A stretch of DNA of 64,000 bases, taken from Mytilus edulis (Eukaryota). The DNA lies in contig NC_092355.1 in the NCBI RefSeq assembly GCF_963676685.1, positions 72,850,001-72,914,000 on the forward strand, in the 5' to 3' direction. Under the pieces are notes generated by a model. The model was given only the letters and a program-made list of their open reading frames with translations. It did no database searches and was not told the origin of the DNA. Each line of letters begins with the position of its first letter. The stretch's first letter is position 1. The translations under genes and the position numbers were made by a program. This document shows, one piece after another, positions 38,351 to 52,261 of the stretch.

Positions 38351-39815
38351 AAGGAACAACTAAATTGTGATCGATCACATGCCAAATCGGCGGACTTTTG
38401 GCTCCAAAAAAGTAATCACTAGTTTGCTTTTTTGCAGTTTCAAAGGGCCAGTGATGTCATATTATCGATTTTGGGAAGAATATATACAGCAATGCCGGTC
38501 ACGTGGTTTGTAATATATGTTGGAATGGGTATTTGAAATCGACTGTGAGAGAAAAACAATTAGGGATAATATACCGAAATTAGAGAAAGAAAAACACAAA
38601 TGTTAGTTTTTTATCACATTATAATTAAGTTTTATGGGTTTTTTTAAATGCGTTTTATATTGATTAGGGAGATCTGTTCTAACGCAAGCTCACTTTGAAT
38701 TCGTACACTCGGCGATGAATGGATAGGCTTAATAATCAAACAAATAACTGGTTTGTTCTTTGGTAGTTTAAAAAATATCACCTACTTGCAATGTATAGAA
38801 ATTAAATAACTCAGCAGGTCTAATCAAAAGTATGAGATGGTATCATATTCTTCATAAATTTATCTTTTTTTTTTTAAATCGGTAAACACTTCCCAAATCT
38901 TTTAATAATAAAAGTATGAATGTAATTGAATATACTCGAAATGTCTGAAATGTGTTTCCTTTAACTTGAGGTATATTGTCACAGGAACATTTACCTCACT
39001 TTTATTACCATGATTACAGGGCCGTAACTACATTGAGGCAAATGCCTAATGCAGGAAATTTCAAAACTAAACGCTTGTCTCCATATCAAATTATGTTCAC
39101 CGTGAGTGCCTTGCAAGAAGCAAGTTCTTTTCTCCCTCAGACGTAGTCCTTTATTTTTCGAGATCAATGTTTCTTATTTATTTGTCTTTTGTTCATTGAT
39201 TGCCCTCCTGTATTCTGTTAGTGTTGCATTCATTTTGTAATTTAGTAATTTGGTAATTAACTTGATCCTGAGTTTAAAAAAACAGCAGCCACAAACTAAA
39301 CTATGTGAATTACATTTTTGCTTTATCATACATATTGGTCTTTTGATCTTGTCCCTAGAAACTGAAGTCTTACATTGAATCTATACATTTTGCTTTGAGA
39401 CCAAAATACTGTCAAAAAATTATTAAAACAGAACTTCAATTTGCAGATTAAGAAAGGGTCTAGGGAACACCCAGAAAGCATGATTTTGCATCATTTGTTC
39501 TATAGCTTCTTAGGCCTTGAGCGGTTCCAAAACCCTTCAAAATAAAATTTCCCTCGCTCCGCTCGACGAAACAGGTTTGTCAATACTTTTAAAAGAGCCA
39601 AGTTACAATCAAACTTTAATACTGTGTTTGTAGGCAATACAAGTATATGCAGTTGGGAATATAGAAAATTCATTTCTGCAGAGGATGATGATCAATTCTG
39701 ATAAAATGATACATAATGACTTGACTTTACAAGTATACAAAGAGTATCAAAGTGTCGTCCCCTTACCGGTACCTCATCGTGCTAATTTATATGTTCACAA
39801 GGGAGAAGCAGAAAG

Positions 39816-40105
39816 GAAAAAGTAAAATCACAAAAATACTGAACTCAGAGGAAAATCAATTCGGAAAGTCCATAATCACATGGCAAAATCAAATAACAAA
39901 ACGCATCAAAAACGAATGGACAAGAACTGTCATATTCCTGACTTGGTACAGGCATTTTCAAATGTAGAACATGGTGGATTGAACCTGGTTTTATAGCTAG
40001 CTAAACCTCTCACTTGTATGACAGTCGCAAATTCCATTATATTGTCACCGATGCGTGAACAAAACAAACAGACATAATAGGTAAAAATGTCAAAAATAGG
40101 GGTTT
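39816..40105 (-). repeat. SINE-like interspersed repeat
   Basis: aaaagtaaaatcacaaaaatactgaact...cctgacttggtacaggcatttt block; copies at about 13378, 26030, 30980, 56800 and reversed 36200-36365, 43255-43430. Confidence 0.65.
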
Positions 40106-40625
40106 GAAATAAGACATTTCATATTATTCTGACCCCGAACCACCAGAGTTTTGACCTAGCTCTTTAATGCCGGATACATAGAGGACAATTAGGAAAAATG
40201 AAGAAAAAATTTGTAAGTCCTAGATTTGATCCGGGCACGGATGAATCCACCACCTCCTGATTCGAGACTAGCTATCTACCAAAAGACAACTGAGCTCTGT
40301 TTCACTAGAAAAGTGTAAACGAGTACTTTTCATCAAATTGTAGGTTGTATAATAACACCTTAAATTTATCTTTGAACTGATGAAATTTAGATTAAGACAA
40401 TAACAATCAAAACCAAGGAGTAAACAAAGACTAAAAAAACCAAAGGATATTTACATCAACAGTTATATTGATAAGGCCTTAGAATTGATCACAAAATCAG
40501 TTGAAAAGTAATTCGAATATATATAGATATACTATAAAATTTAGAATGAAAATGGGGGAAATGTAAATGAGATAACAACCCGATAAATAAACTCATCATA
40601 GATACCAGGACTAAAATTTGTATAT

Positions 40626-40671
40626 ACGCCAGACGCGCGTTTCGTTTACAAAAGACTCATCAGTGACGCTC
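40626..40671 (-). ncRNA. Type I hammerhead ribozyme (family 2), core intact, one stem II mismatch
   Basis: gcgtca-CTGATGA-GTCT tttgt AAAC-GAAA-C GCGC G-TC^tggcgt. Confidence 0.7.
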
Positions 40672-41598
40672 GAATCCAAAAATGTTAAAAAGGCCAAATA
40701 AAGTACGAAGTTGGCAAACAACGTCAACCAATGGTTCTTCAACACCGCGAGAAAAAATATCGGACCCGGGGATGGGGTTCAGCTGCCTCCTTAACAAAAT
40801 ATGAACTATTTGAGTGAAAATGGACGTCACACTTGAAACTGATTTGGACAGTCACACACATGCGTCGCAGTTAGAAGTGTTTTGTGAGATTTCAACCCTT
40901 CCCCTATACCTCGAGCATATGTATAATAAACAAACACACAAAAACGGAATGTAAAAAGAAGTCCGAGTCTGGTGTTAGAATATGTATTAAAAGAAACTAG
41001 ACAAATGATATTGATACATAAATTAACAAAGAACTACTAGCAGTTACTGAAATTCTAGCTCCTGTCCTCAATTTAACTGAATAAAGATTATAGTATATAT
41101 GAGGAAAGATTATGAGTGAGAAAAAGAAAACCTCAATTCAAATGTAACCATGAGCGGACAATGTGTACAACCACTTCATTTGAAAGGAGTAAACCCGGTA
41201 AGACCCCTTTTTGGACCCAAAATATAGGTTTTTTACAAAGTTATTAAATAATTAACTTTTACTTATTTATTGAAAAGTAATATTTTTTGGTTTCATAAAT
41301 ATTTGATGTTTTTGATAATACTTTGGACTTTTGGACTCAGTTACTAGCTTAAAGGTCTGTTTCTGCCGTTAACGATCTTCTCGACGATTCTTAGGGTGGC
41401 CTGTTGATGACTTGGTGCAATACATGTTACAATACCTACCAATTTAGTATCTGTGTTACAAAGTGAAAATGATCTTTTATAGATTTTATGTGTCTGAAGC
41501 GTTTTATAAATTTATTTTTAACAGGATTTCTTGAACCGAAATCTTTGAAAGCAACTTATATACAAGTGTCTTAACTCGTAAAAGCTACATGTATATAA

Positions 41599-41864
41599 GG
41601 GAACGACCATCTAACTTCAATGGAGAGTTATGGTTTTTCCAAAAAATATTCTAAGCCCTAATGTAATGAAGAAAAAATAGTATGGTCCAGCAGATAACAA
41701 AAAAAAATGTTCTGAATCCAGATACCCATACTTTAAAAATTTAAATTTTGAAGAGAAAATAAAATTTGATTGATAGAGTTGACAAACTAACAAACTTTGC
41801 GCGAAAAAAATATTCAGACAAAAAACTTAACCCCCTCCCCTCTTTGAAGTTAAATAGTGATCCC
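41599..41864. mobile_element. PIF/Harbinger (Tourist-like) MITE
   Basis: GGGA...TCCC ends, imperfect TIR gggaacgaccatctaacttcaa / ttgaagttaaatagtgatccc, TAA duplicated at 41596-41598 and 41865-41867. Confidence 0.7.
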
Positions 41865-43210
41865 TAATTAAACAGATAAATAATAACCAAACACATCCTA
41901 GGGAGTTCAATCTTTACTTTTTCAATCACTTGTTTAATCTATCAACGGAGAATTTGAAAAGAAAAGTATGATATACGTTCGTAAATTAAGCTGTTTATGT
42001 GTACGGTGCAAGATTGATTTTAGTTACTAAGTATTCGTTGTAATTCTGAGGTTAACATGTCGAAATGTACTATATATTATTTATCTTTGTATTTCTCTAT
42101 CATGGGTGTTCCTGCATTTAATTATACTGTATTCCTGTCATGTAATGTTGTCAGTTTAGCGGAAGATTTACCATTGCCATAAAGCGCGAGGTTTTTCTAG
42201 CCAAAAACCAGGTTCAAATCATTATTTGTTTTAAATGTCCTGTACCAAGTCAGGAATATGGCAGTTGCTATCTAATAGTTCGTTTTGGTGTATGTTGTAT
42301 TGTCGTTCGTTTCGTTGTTTTCCTCTTATAGCTGGTGTATTCCCCTCGGTAAAGTTTGTAACCCTGATTTGTTGTCTCTCGATCATTTAATGTCTTTTAA
42401 ACAGCGGTATACTACTGTTACCTTTATTTGCTAAAATAATTATTAGAACGGAAAACAAAATCATTTTTTATCTGTAACTTGGTATCAAATCCATATCTTC
42501 AAGCATAATAAAAAATATATTTCCTGTCACGTGAGGGATTCAAATTCACAGCGTCTGTGTTTAAAGGCTAGTGATACAGCAGTTAGCTATAACTGACAAA
42601 TTATTACACCGGGGTTTTCGATATCTCGAAGTTTTATAAGTGGACCCACTGATTGCTAAGAGGCGGCCACTCCAGTCATGATTCAATGATTCCCTATATA
42701 ATCAACCAAATGTTTTCCATAAGCAGGGGACCAGGACCCCTGTCCCCACCCTAAATCCGCCTCTACCAAAAATCATTATCACAATGTATTTCGTTTTAAG
42801 TATAAATTATGTACAGGACGTACGATTTAAAGATTAAGTTTCAAATATAATAATATAAGTATATTATGTCTCAATATGTGGTTTAATTCAATTTTGAAAA
42901 TTGATATCACTGCAGCTTTTCAACAGTCAAGAAAACCACACAATTCCCTATGTGAAATAATTAAAAAAAAAATTAAAAACCATTGAACGGCTAAATTATT
43001 TTATATTTCTTCATATGTAACGTTTACATTGTATGAGGTCAAACACGCGAAGCAATGCATGTGGTTTTTAAATTTGATATATTTTACCTATTATGTCTGT
43101 TTTGTTGGCGCAACGTTGTGCATATAATGGAATTTGATGCGACTGTCATACATTAGTGAGAGGTTTGGCTCTATTAAAAGTTATCAAAGGTGCCAGGATT
43201 ATAATTCAAT

Positions 43211-43254
43211 ACGCCAGACGCGCGTTTCGTCTACATAAGACTCATCAGTGACGC
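43211..43254 (-). ncRNA. Type I hammerhead ribozyme (family 2), intact
   Basis: gcgtca-CTGATGA-GTCT tatgt AGAC-GAAA-C GCGC G-TC^tggcgt, all core nucleotides and stems present. Confidence 0.85.
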
Positions 43255-44559
43255 AAGGTTCAATCCACCATTTTCTACATTAGAAAATGCCTGTACCAAG
43301 TCAAAAATACGAGTCGGACATTTATTGTCCATTCGTTTGCTGTGTTGTATCATTTGATTTTGTCATTTGATGAGGGACTTTCCATTTTTAATTTTCTCCG
43401 AGTTCAGTATTTTTGTGATTTTATTTTTTACCTCATCAAAAGACAGTAATTGTACTTAAATTGTATCAATATTATAAATCGGACCGCATACCCGGAATAC
43501 AATATAATTAAGTAATTTGAATACACACTTTAGTCACAGGTTTATACACAATGTGTCATCTTTTCCATTATATCAAGAGTACACACATGTGACACCTCTA
43601 ACGTAATTAAATTGTATAATGACAATAATGTTCCACACTCCCCCTCAACAAAATGACGTATGATATCTATATCACTGAGATCTATATACCATCCATATAA
43701 ATCATAGAAAACAACAGACAATAAACAAGCCTTTAATAAAAGCATGTACATATCAAAAAGTGAAGTTGAATAGCAACACAATATATTGTATGTATGTTTA
43801 CATGTTGATTTAGACAAGTAATATAATGATGAAATAGGTTTTTTACACTTGTAAAGGATTAATATTCAGGTAACATCTGCGAGGCATTGATTTTTAGTCA
43901 TCTCTTTTACTGGCTTAATAATTTTCTTCGTATTCTTGTAAATAAAGGATAATTTAACATTTCATTTAATTTAGGTAAGTGTTTAAATTAATTGAGGTTT
44001 TCTAATGGTATAGTAGTTTTTTTTAAACATAATTGATAAATTAGAAATTCTATATTTTCACCGAATTTATATATATACTACCAAGGGCTTCTTCGCATGG
44101 TGTAATTAATATCATTTAGGGCGTGGTGTAAAATAAAATACAGAATTTGATACATAACCTACGGTATCCTTTTTCTTTATTTTTTTGGAAGAAAAACAAT
44201 TATTTCATGCATTTTAATAATAAGTTATAAATTAATACTTTTTTTTATAGAATGATTCTATAAGAGGCAGATAGGTATATTAAACTATTCTAAAACGCGT
44301 ATTATTTTATTGAGAAAAAACGACAAACAGACAAACAATAGTACACAAAACACAACATCGAAAACTAAAGACTAAGCAACACAAACCCCACCAAAATCTG
44401 GGGGTGATGTCATGTGTTCCGAAAGGGTAAGCAGACCATGTTCCACATGTGGCACCCATCGTGCTGTTCATGTAAGCACAAACCAGGAGTTGTATTGCAT
44501 GTGCTTCCAAGGGAGGGGTTGGGTAGTATAGTCAAATTAAACAAAGCTAAATTAAAGAC

Positions 44560-45444
44560 ATCTTTTTAACATTTAAGGGCAATAACTCTTATGAAAACGT
44601 ATGACAGTACTGACGTAAATGGACAGTAGGAAGACCTTGAACATTCTGAACATTTTCCGCATCAGAGTTTCTCGATTGATAGCGGGTTTCAAGATAATAG
44701 ACAAAACTTGTGTTTTACCCATACGTTAAAATTTTAGCCATGTCGGCCATGTTGGTTTTCACGGCGGGTCATCGGACGACACATTTGTCACAGTAAACTT
44801 GATATTATGATTGTGTCCTAGTTAAATTAAATTTGGCCCAGTAGCTTTAGAGGAGAAGACTTTTGAAATATGCAAAAACAAAAACAAAAAAGTTAAAACT
44901 AACCTTTTAAGTGCTATACCCTTAATAAGGTGTATCCGACAATTTCGACAACGGTGACATATTTGTATATATATTGTCTTGCTGATCATTCTTGCTTTTG
45001 AAGTTTCTTTCCGGGTTTTTTTTTATATAGATATCACGTTAAAAGGCAAACATTGTAAAAACAATTGTGAAATTGTCATACAAAGGGCAATAACTTCTAT
45101 AACAAGTCTTCTGAGTTTTAAAACAAAGATGAACAGAATGTAGACCATTTAATATTCTGAGCATTTCTGCCCGGTGTGATATTTTGATTTGAAAGAAAAA
45201 GACAAAACCACAATTTACACCCTTTGTAAAACTTTAGCCATGTAAGCCATCTTGGTTGAGAGGCGTAATCACCAGACAAATTTTGTTAAGTAGATACCCA
45301 AATGTTGAAGTTTGGTTTATTTTGAATTAGTAGTTTCAACGGAGTAGATTGTTGTAAACGTTAACGTACGACGACAACGACGAACACCGAACGTCAAGAG
45401 ATGAGAAAAGCTCACTTAGCCTATTAGGCCAGGTGAGCTAAAAT
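44560..45444 (-). mobile_element. Non-autonomous Helentron-type element (pearl / HINE-like)
   Basis: Minus-strand start ttttagctcacctggcctaataggctaagtgagctttt (subterminal inverted repeat), then a GTC-rich microsatellite and two diverged internal repeat units (agccatgt..gccat.ttgg; aagggcaataact). Left boundary approximate. Confidence 0.6.
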
Positions 45445-45489
45445 CTAAATCGTAATAAGTAAAAGAAGATATTTGACAAAGTCTAAAAT

Positions 45490-45792
45490 ATAAAAAAGAA
45501 GATGTGGTATGATTGCCAATGAGAAAACTATCAACAAAAGACCAAAATGATACAGACATTAACAACTATAGGTCACCGTACGGCCTTCAACAATGAGCAA
45601 AGCCCATACCGCATAGTCAGCTATAATAGGCCCCGATAAGACAATGTAAAACAATTCAAACGAGAAAACTAACGGCCTTATTTATATAAAATAATGAAAG
45701 AAAAACAAATATGTAACATATAAACAAACGACAACCACTGAATTACAGGCTCCTGACTTGGGACAGGCACATACATAAATAATGTGGCGGGT
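45490..45792 (-). repeat. SINE-like interspersed repeat
   Basis: aagaagatgtggtatgattgccaatgaga...ggtcaccgtacggccttcaacaatgagc; copies at about 2770-2915, 15760-16090, 25630-25745, 29150-29320, 34100-34440, 46700-46850, 63665-64000. Confidence 0.65.
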
Positions 45793-48135
45793 ATAGTGTG
45801 TAAAAGCATGCTAACACATCATGAAAGTTTAAGGTTAAGATCATGTAACAACTGCAATTACAAAGGACCCCCAGGATGAGAAAAGAGAAATATGAAATTA
45901 ACTACTCGGATAAAAGATAAATGTATGTACAGCAAATGTATAATTCCTAGTATATGCAACACATTTTTAAATCCACGCTGTTACAAACGAGGACTATTGG
46001 GAGCACAACCAGGCACGGATCCAGCCATTTTGAATATCATGGTCGGGTTTCCATCCCCTGAAACACCATAAAACTTTCGTGTAATTAAAAAAAAATCAAC
46101 ATAAAAAAAAGTCAAAAATAAATCAAAACAGGGTATGGTGTTCAAACCCTTAGTACGCCATGAAACATTCGTGTAATTTAAAAGAAATAAACATAAAAAG
46201 GTTAAGAACAAATCGAAGAAAAGGATGTTTTTACTCAAGGAACACTAGCTCCTACACCCCATCCAACAAGGCCACAAAAACAAGAGAATATTAAACCAAG
46301 ATGTGGTCACAAATGCATTTATATATGGTTGGTATGGTTGAAGAGTATGCATCAAAGGATTTAAGAGGTATCATACACATAACTATGTCAAAAGTCAGAT
46401 AGATAAAACAGGGTACAAGGGGTGTTCAAATGACTGAGGTCAAAATTACTACAGAATACATGTGAATACAAAAGTCTATTATTATTGATTAGAAATAAAT
46501 TGTTCATTGCTATTTCACGATCACACCTTAATAGTGAAATAAAATAAGATTTTATCAATAAATCGTGACTTCATGGAGGTTAATAGTAATTACTAAGCAT
46601 CATAGGGAGTTCATTGACATTAAGTTGGATTAAAAGTGATCAGGAATTCGACCATTAATATGATCATTAATGTGGTAGTATTTAAAAATTAAAATAATAA
46701 TATGTGGTATGGTTGCCAATTAGAAAAGTAACACCAGGAGACAAAAGGACGTAGATGTTAGCAATGTTGTCACAGTACGACCTTCATCAATTAGCAAAAC
46801 CCTTACTTAGGACAGGCACATAGAGAATGTGGCGGCGGGGTCGAATATTTTTGTTTAATACCCACTCCTAAAAAAAACTCCACAATATAACCAAAAAAAA
46901 AAAACACAAATTAACGGTCTAATAGTACTATCTATGAATTATTTAAAATGACTGTCTCAAGTCAGAGAGATTTTTTTTATATGTAATCTTTATGTACAAA
47001 GTATGCCATTTCTCCACTTGGAGCTGCAAAAATGAAAGGGAAAGAGACATATGATTGCTTTGTCCTTCTTACGACCGGCATTAAAATCATTGCCCATGTA
47101 GGGAAACTGTTTGCCTGTTCGGGATGTAAAAATACGTAACCACGCCCTGAAGAATATTAAATTCACCATTGGAAAAAATGGGGGAAATATATTTAATTCT
47201 ATTTTGATAATCATATTCATTACGAATACTCAAATATAAATAAAGGTTTTCGTCCTGAACATGCATGAACTTTTTGCAACTGAAAGTTATAAAACAGCAA
47301 TAAACCAATCAATCTTTCCACATGGAATCATCAAAAGTGGAGCCACATTCATTTGAGACCAATAGTTTTGAATGCTTAAAACTGGATGATAAGAGCTTAA
47401 AAACAAAAAAGGATAAAGCACATCAGCTTGTTGACCGCATGTTTACTTAACGAAAATGCCTCGAATAGTTTCATTTAAATTCTTCCGGTACAAACCCTGG
47501 TTACAGGTCGGATTGTTTGTGCATGTGTATTAACTTGTAGTAAACAGACTCATACGAATGTTATAATCACACAAGTTAACGCACTCTTTCATTTTAAATT
47601 AATGTTGACAGAAGATGTTCCGCATATATATAGTAAATTCATTACGAAATAAAATTAATTTAACAAAGACAGTAAATTAATTTAACAAAGACAGTAAATT
47701 ATTTTTGAGAAGATGCATTCATTCGTGATCATTCGTTTCGTTTGATTGATATATGATTCTCTTTTCTTTATTTTTTAGCACCTCATTTTTCTCTTTTCTT
47801 TCATCATGTTCATGTTTGCCTCTTTGTAGTATTTATTCTATAAACCCCATACAGACTAACATTAATCTTTTCACCAAAAAGATAGTATGAAAGTTATCTA
47901 TAATAACTTGAATTTAAATTGAATTGATAAGAAGATAACAATAGATTCCTTTAGCAACAGAGTATTCGTTTACTTTGTTTACGTGCATGTTTTGTTGTCT
48001 ATAAATGTCATAACAACCAAACTTTAATAACAAAATAAAGATTTTCAAAACATGTCATTCATTCAAAATATTTTTATAATAAATTTGAGACAGATGGCTG
48101 TAATTCGCTTGTTAGGAATCAATATAAACATTATT

Positions 48136-48340
48136 GAGGGTGGTAAAGGGTTATTTTCGTGCAAAGTGTTTTGCCATTTTTATTTAACATGCAGCCGTGA
48201 AATAGGTTCGTTATTCACAGTGTTTCGTGAAATCGGTAAAATTTAAAGATTATTACGCACGAAATTTTTAATTGTTCGTTCGTAGTGAAATTGCAATTTT
48301 ATTTCGCATTCTTCCGTGCAGATACCCCTTTATGCCCCTC
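48136..48340. mobile_element. Short MITE with 3-bp ATT target duplication
   Basis: att/gagggtggtaaagggtta ... tacccctttatgcccctc/att. Confidence 0.55.
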
Positions 48341-48718
48341 ATTATTGTTCAAAGTAACCACGCAATTATTCATACGCCCCTTTGAAATCAATGAGAAATA
48401 AAAGATCTATTATAAACGTTGTTGGATTACAATGTAAGAATTTCAATGTTGTAACACCTCATCCGACTGTGACTTGTAATGAGTTTGTGTGTTACATGTA
48501 TGTATCAGCTTGTGGCTAAATGTTAATTACATGCAATTCAATTCAATTCAATATTTTATTTAAGTCTCATCTCTCAATAATATATAATATAACATTACAT
48601 TAAATGTAAAAAATATATAAATATAAAAGGAGAGCCATTCTGTACAGAATTACAAGAGACTGTAACATTAAAAATTATATAAAGAATGCATCTATTATAA
48701 AACATATTGACATTAACA

Positions 48719-51700
48719 TTATTTACAGTATAAAACATTTCTACGTCTATTTAAAATAAGATTACAGGCTTTGGCACAGCTACGAATCATATTATTATCT
48801 GTAAATAAAAACACTAATTTCTGTTTATCATCATAAGACATAAAATCACTATTAAAATGTGTTGCTTCATCAAATAATTTTTTTCTAAAATCATCATACA
48901 AAGGACACGATAAAATAACATGGGCTTCATCTTCTAAAATATTCATACAATTATCACAGACTCGATCTTTTAAAATTAATTTTTCAAATCTCCCCGTTTC
49001 TATTCTTAGTGGTGCTACACCACATCGAAATTTGGCAAAAGAACTCCTTTGCGAAAATGGCATTGGAATTTTACAATAAGTTTCCGTTTCAAAACTGTTC
49101 TTAAATAAATTATATGTACGAAGTTTGTTACCACCTTTACCAGATAAAGCTTTCTCTGATTGTAAATTGCCTTGCCACTGTTCGACATATTTACTAAACA
49201 TTTTAGACATAACAGTATTGACAACTGAGGTACTATCAACATAATCTGTAATGATACACAAATGTTCTGCATTATACTCAGAAAACGTTTTCCTTACATA
49301 AAAATTCCAATTTTTTATACACTTATGTTTTTTACTCATAATGTCTGCCCATATGAAAATTTTTCTGTTTAAACGATCAGAACTCATATTGTTCAAACGG
49401 CACCATAGTCGAATTAAGCATTGCCATTGTTTTTGAAAGATAGGTATCCACCCCATATCCCCTGCAACTGCAGCATTTGGAGTATATTTACCCACTCCAA
49501 GAAAAAATCTGCAAGCTCTATTATGGATGGCATTTATAAAAGAAAAATTTTTGCAACCCCAAATACCAGCACCATATTCAACAATTGGAAGCACCAAACT
49601 CTCATATAATTTTGAAAAGACATTATGAGTAACACCACCTAAGATTTTGCACTTGGCTATAACAAGGCCAAGTGCTCTATTTGCAGAAGCTGCAACAGCT
49701 TTAGCAGTTACATTATAATCTAAAAATTCACTTAAAACTAAACCTAAATATGTATAAGTAGTAGAATATTCAATGATATCATTCCCACATTTAAATTCAA
49801 CATGTGACTTATCAACAGAAGGTGTTCTAAAATGCACAATATTACACTTTTTGGAATTAATGGTCATACAATTATCTCCACACCATATATCTAATGCATT
49901 TAACAGAATTTGTAATTCTTTTTCATCGTTTGCAAGTAAAACCACATCATCAGCATAAAGCAAAATACAAACTTTTTCATCATCAATATCAATACCACAC
50001 TCATATGATTTCAAGAATGAAACTAGGTCATTAATATATAAATTAAATAACAAGGGAGATAATGGGCACCCTTGTTTAAGACCACTGTTAACATTAAACC
50101 ATTCTGATAAATGGCCGTTTAATCGTACTGAACATAATATATTTGAATAAATAGACTGTATAGCAGCACAAAAATTTTCAGCCACCCCCAATACATTTAA
50201 CTTGGACCATAGTATATTTCTATTGATGGTATCATATGCCTTTTTAAAATCAATAAACGCACAAAAAGTAGATTTACGAAGCTTCTTTCTGACTTCAATT
50301 ATGTTTGTAAGAGAAGACAATTGGTCTATAGTGCTTCGATTTTGACGGAAACCATTTTGTTCGTCGACTAATATGTTATTGTCATCTATCCATTGCACAA
50401 GCCTTTCGTTTAAAATATTACAATAAAGCTTATAGGAAACACAAGCTAATGCAATTCCTCTGTAAGACAAAGGGTCGCGCGGATCTGTCATGTTTGCTTT
50501 AGGTATAGGATTGATAATAATTTTGTTCCATAATTCTGGCGTTTTTTGGAACCTAAAGCAAAAATCAAATAAATGGTACAAAAACAAAGTTGAGCAATTA
50601 TTTTGCAAAACTTCAACTGGTAAATTATCAAAACCAGCAGATTTGCCTTTCTTTGCTTTGTCAATGACACTAGCTGTTTCAGCAAACGAAATGGGTTCCG
50701 TCAATAAAAAGTCATTAAAAGTATTTTTCGTATATGCATGATTTTGCGTTTCAGAAACCTTGGTTGAAATCTTTTGATTCAACAAATTACTATATTCCGA
50801 CTTCCATTTATCTAAAACAGCTGTCAGATTTGAATTAACATTCCCATCTTGATCTATGACCTCCATGGGAATTACTGACTTCCGGGTTTCCGCTACCCCA
50901 ATTTTACCAATTTTTTTCCAGAACTGCTGTTGGTTTCTTTTTGATTCCAACAACAAGTCCTGCTGCATACTAAACCAATACTTTCGCTTACATTTTTGAA
51001 CCTCCCTGTCAAAATATTTTCTCTTCTGTACATAAACCGACTTCAATTCAGAAGCACGTGAACTATTATTAAATTTATTCCACGTTTTTTCGGCCTTGCA
51101 CATATCAACCCATAACTTGTTTAAATCATCATTCCACCAAGGTTTCTTGATTCTATGTTTCTTGTTTGTAAGACTACTACCACCTATACATACAGTTTTA
51201 CATGTTAGTTTGTCATTCATTTCACCTTCTACAGTTTTACAAAACGATGAAAATATATCATTTACACAACTTTGTTCTTGTTTAATCATATCAAACTTTT
51301 CTATAAAAGAATTAATTTCTAAATATATATAATCAGTATTCATAAAATCTGTTGGTATGTTCTTACAATCATATTTATTAAAACTAGACAGTTCTAATTC
51401 TTCTTTTTTTAGCAATTCTACTGAAATAAATGAGCTCAGATCAAAATTCCATTTAATCAATGAATGATCAGAAATCAACTTTAAATCCACCCCTGATAAA
51501 TCATAGCCCGCCAAGGTCACCAGGTCATTGGCTCTTATCACTGCAAAATTGCTAAATAAATGTAAATAATCATATGGTACAATACAATAGTCTACCACTG
51601 AACAGCCTTTTGTTGATACACATGTATAATCATTGTTAACAAAGTTTCTACCGTTAAGTATACAACAGTTCACGCTAATTAAAAAATCAATAAATGTGTT

Positions 51701-52261
51701 ACTATAAGAATTACATTTAAAATCAACTACATCTCTTGGACATAGATCATCGACACCAACAATATAATCGTTTTCATCTCCACATCTACTATTAAAATCT
51801 CCACAAATCAAAAATGGACCAGAATTTTGATGCTCATACACCTGTGTAATTAGTGTGTCAAAAAATACATCTTTATCAACCTGCCTGGTTGAGTTTTCCG
51901 GGGGCAAATATGCTACACATATATTAAATCTAAAGTCTGAATTTTTATGTTTGAAAGAGACCCACAAAATACCCTCAAATGATGTGTCTAACACTCCAAT
52001 ATCAAACATTTCGTAATAAGATTTTTTAATAAACAGTCCTACCCCACCAGAACCAGTCTTGGCTTTTTTATGTAGATGTTTTCTATTTTGACCAATCCAG
52101 TTATAACTATTTACATGTAAAACGTCATCATACTTTAAATGTGTTTCACATACACCTACAATATCTAAATTCAACATGTTTATACAATCAGTTCTAAGTT
52201 TATTATTTTCAGAAAAAGTGTTTTTATTCCAATTATTCACATTCCAAAACCCGGCTGCAAT
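48719..52261 (-). CDS. LINE ORF2: AP endonuclease, reverse transcriptase, C-terminal CCHC zinc knuckle (1180 sense codons after the ORF1 stop)
   Basis: APE motifs GFWNV, GVCETH, GGVG, YLPP, GDFNSR, VDY, SDH; RT motifs YRGI, QNGFR, FIDFKKAYD, GLKQGCPLSPLLFNLYI, YADD, YLG; CDNC..EDEAHVILSC. No AUG before the first motif. Confidence 0.95.
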   Translation of the reverse strand: MAAGFWNVNNWNKNTFSENNKLRTDCINMLNLDIVGVCETHLKYDDVLHVNSYNWIGQNRKHLHKKAKTGSGGVGLFIKKSYYEMFDIGVLDTSFEGILWVSFKHKNSDFRFNICVAYLPPENSTRQVDKDVFFDTLITQVYEHQNSGPFLICGDFNSRCGDENDYIVGVDDLCPRDVVDFKCNSYSNTFIDFLISVNCCILNGRNFVNNDYTCVSTKGCSVVDYCIVPYDYLHLFSNFAVIRANDLVTLAGYDLSGVDLKLISDHSLIKWNFDLSSFISVELLKKEELELSSFNKYDCKNIPTDFMNTDYIYLEINSFIEKFDMIKQEQSCVNDIFSSFCKTVEGEMNDKLTCKTVCIGGSSLTNKKHRIKKPWWNDDLNKLWVDMCKAEKTWNKFNNSSRASELKSVYVQKRKYFDREVQKCKRKYWFSMQQDLLLESKRNQQQFWKKIGKIGVAETRKSVIPMEVIDQDGNVNSNLTAVLDKWKSEYSNLLNQKISTKVSETQNHAYTKNTFNDFLLTEPISFAETASVIDKAKKGKSAGFDNLPVEVLQNNCSTLFLYHLFDFCFRFQKTPELWNKIIINPIPKANMTDPRDPLSYRGIALACVSYKLYCNILNERLVQWIDDNNILVDEQNGFRQNRSTIDQLSSLTNIIEVRKKLRKSTFCAFIDFKKAYDTINRNILWSKLNVLGVAENFCAAIQSIYSNILCSVRLNGHLSEWFNVNSGLKQGCPLSPLLFNLYINDLVSFLKSYECGIDIDDEKVCILLYADDVVLLANDEKELQILLNALDIWCGDNCMTINSKKCNIVHFRTPSVDKSHVEFKCGNDIIEYSTTYTYLGLVLSEFLDYNVTAKAVAASANRALGLVIAKCKILGGVTHNVFSKLYESLVLPIVEYGAGIWGCKNFSFINAIHNRACRFFLGVGKYTPNAAVAGDMGWIPIFQKQWQCLIRLWCRLNNMSSDRLNRKIFIWADIMSKKHKCIKNWNFYVRKTFSEYNAEHLCIITDYVDSTSVVNTVMSKMFSKYVEQWQGNLQSEKALSGKGGNKLRTYNLFKNSFETETYCKIPMPFSQRSSFAKFRCGVAPLRIETGRFEKLILKDRVCDNCMNILEDEAHVILSCPLYDDFRKKLFDEATHFNSDFMSYDDKQKLVFLFTDNNMIRSCAKACNLILNRRRNVLYCK

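Noticed and set aside
40210-40300. tRNA-like sequence on the minus strand (A-box and B-box-like motifs), also near 42525-42590
   Set aside because: No cloverleaf can be formed; at most decayed tRNA-derived repeat heads.
47480-47512. CTTCCGG motif and CAG/GTCGGA as the tetraspanin first exon
   Set aside because: Weak donor and no independent support; cannot be assigned from sequence alone.
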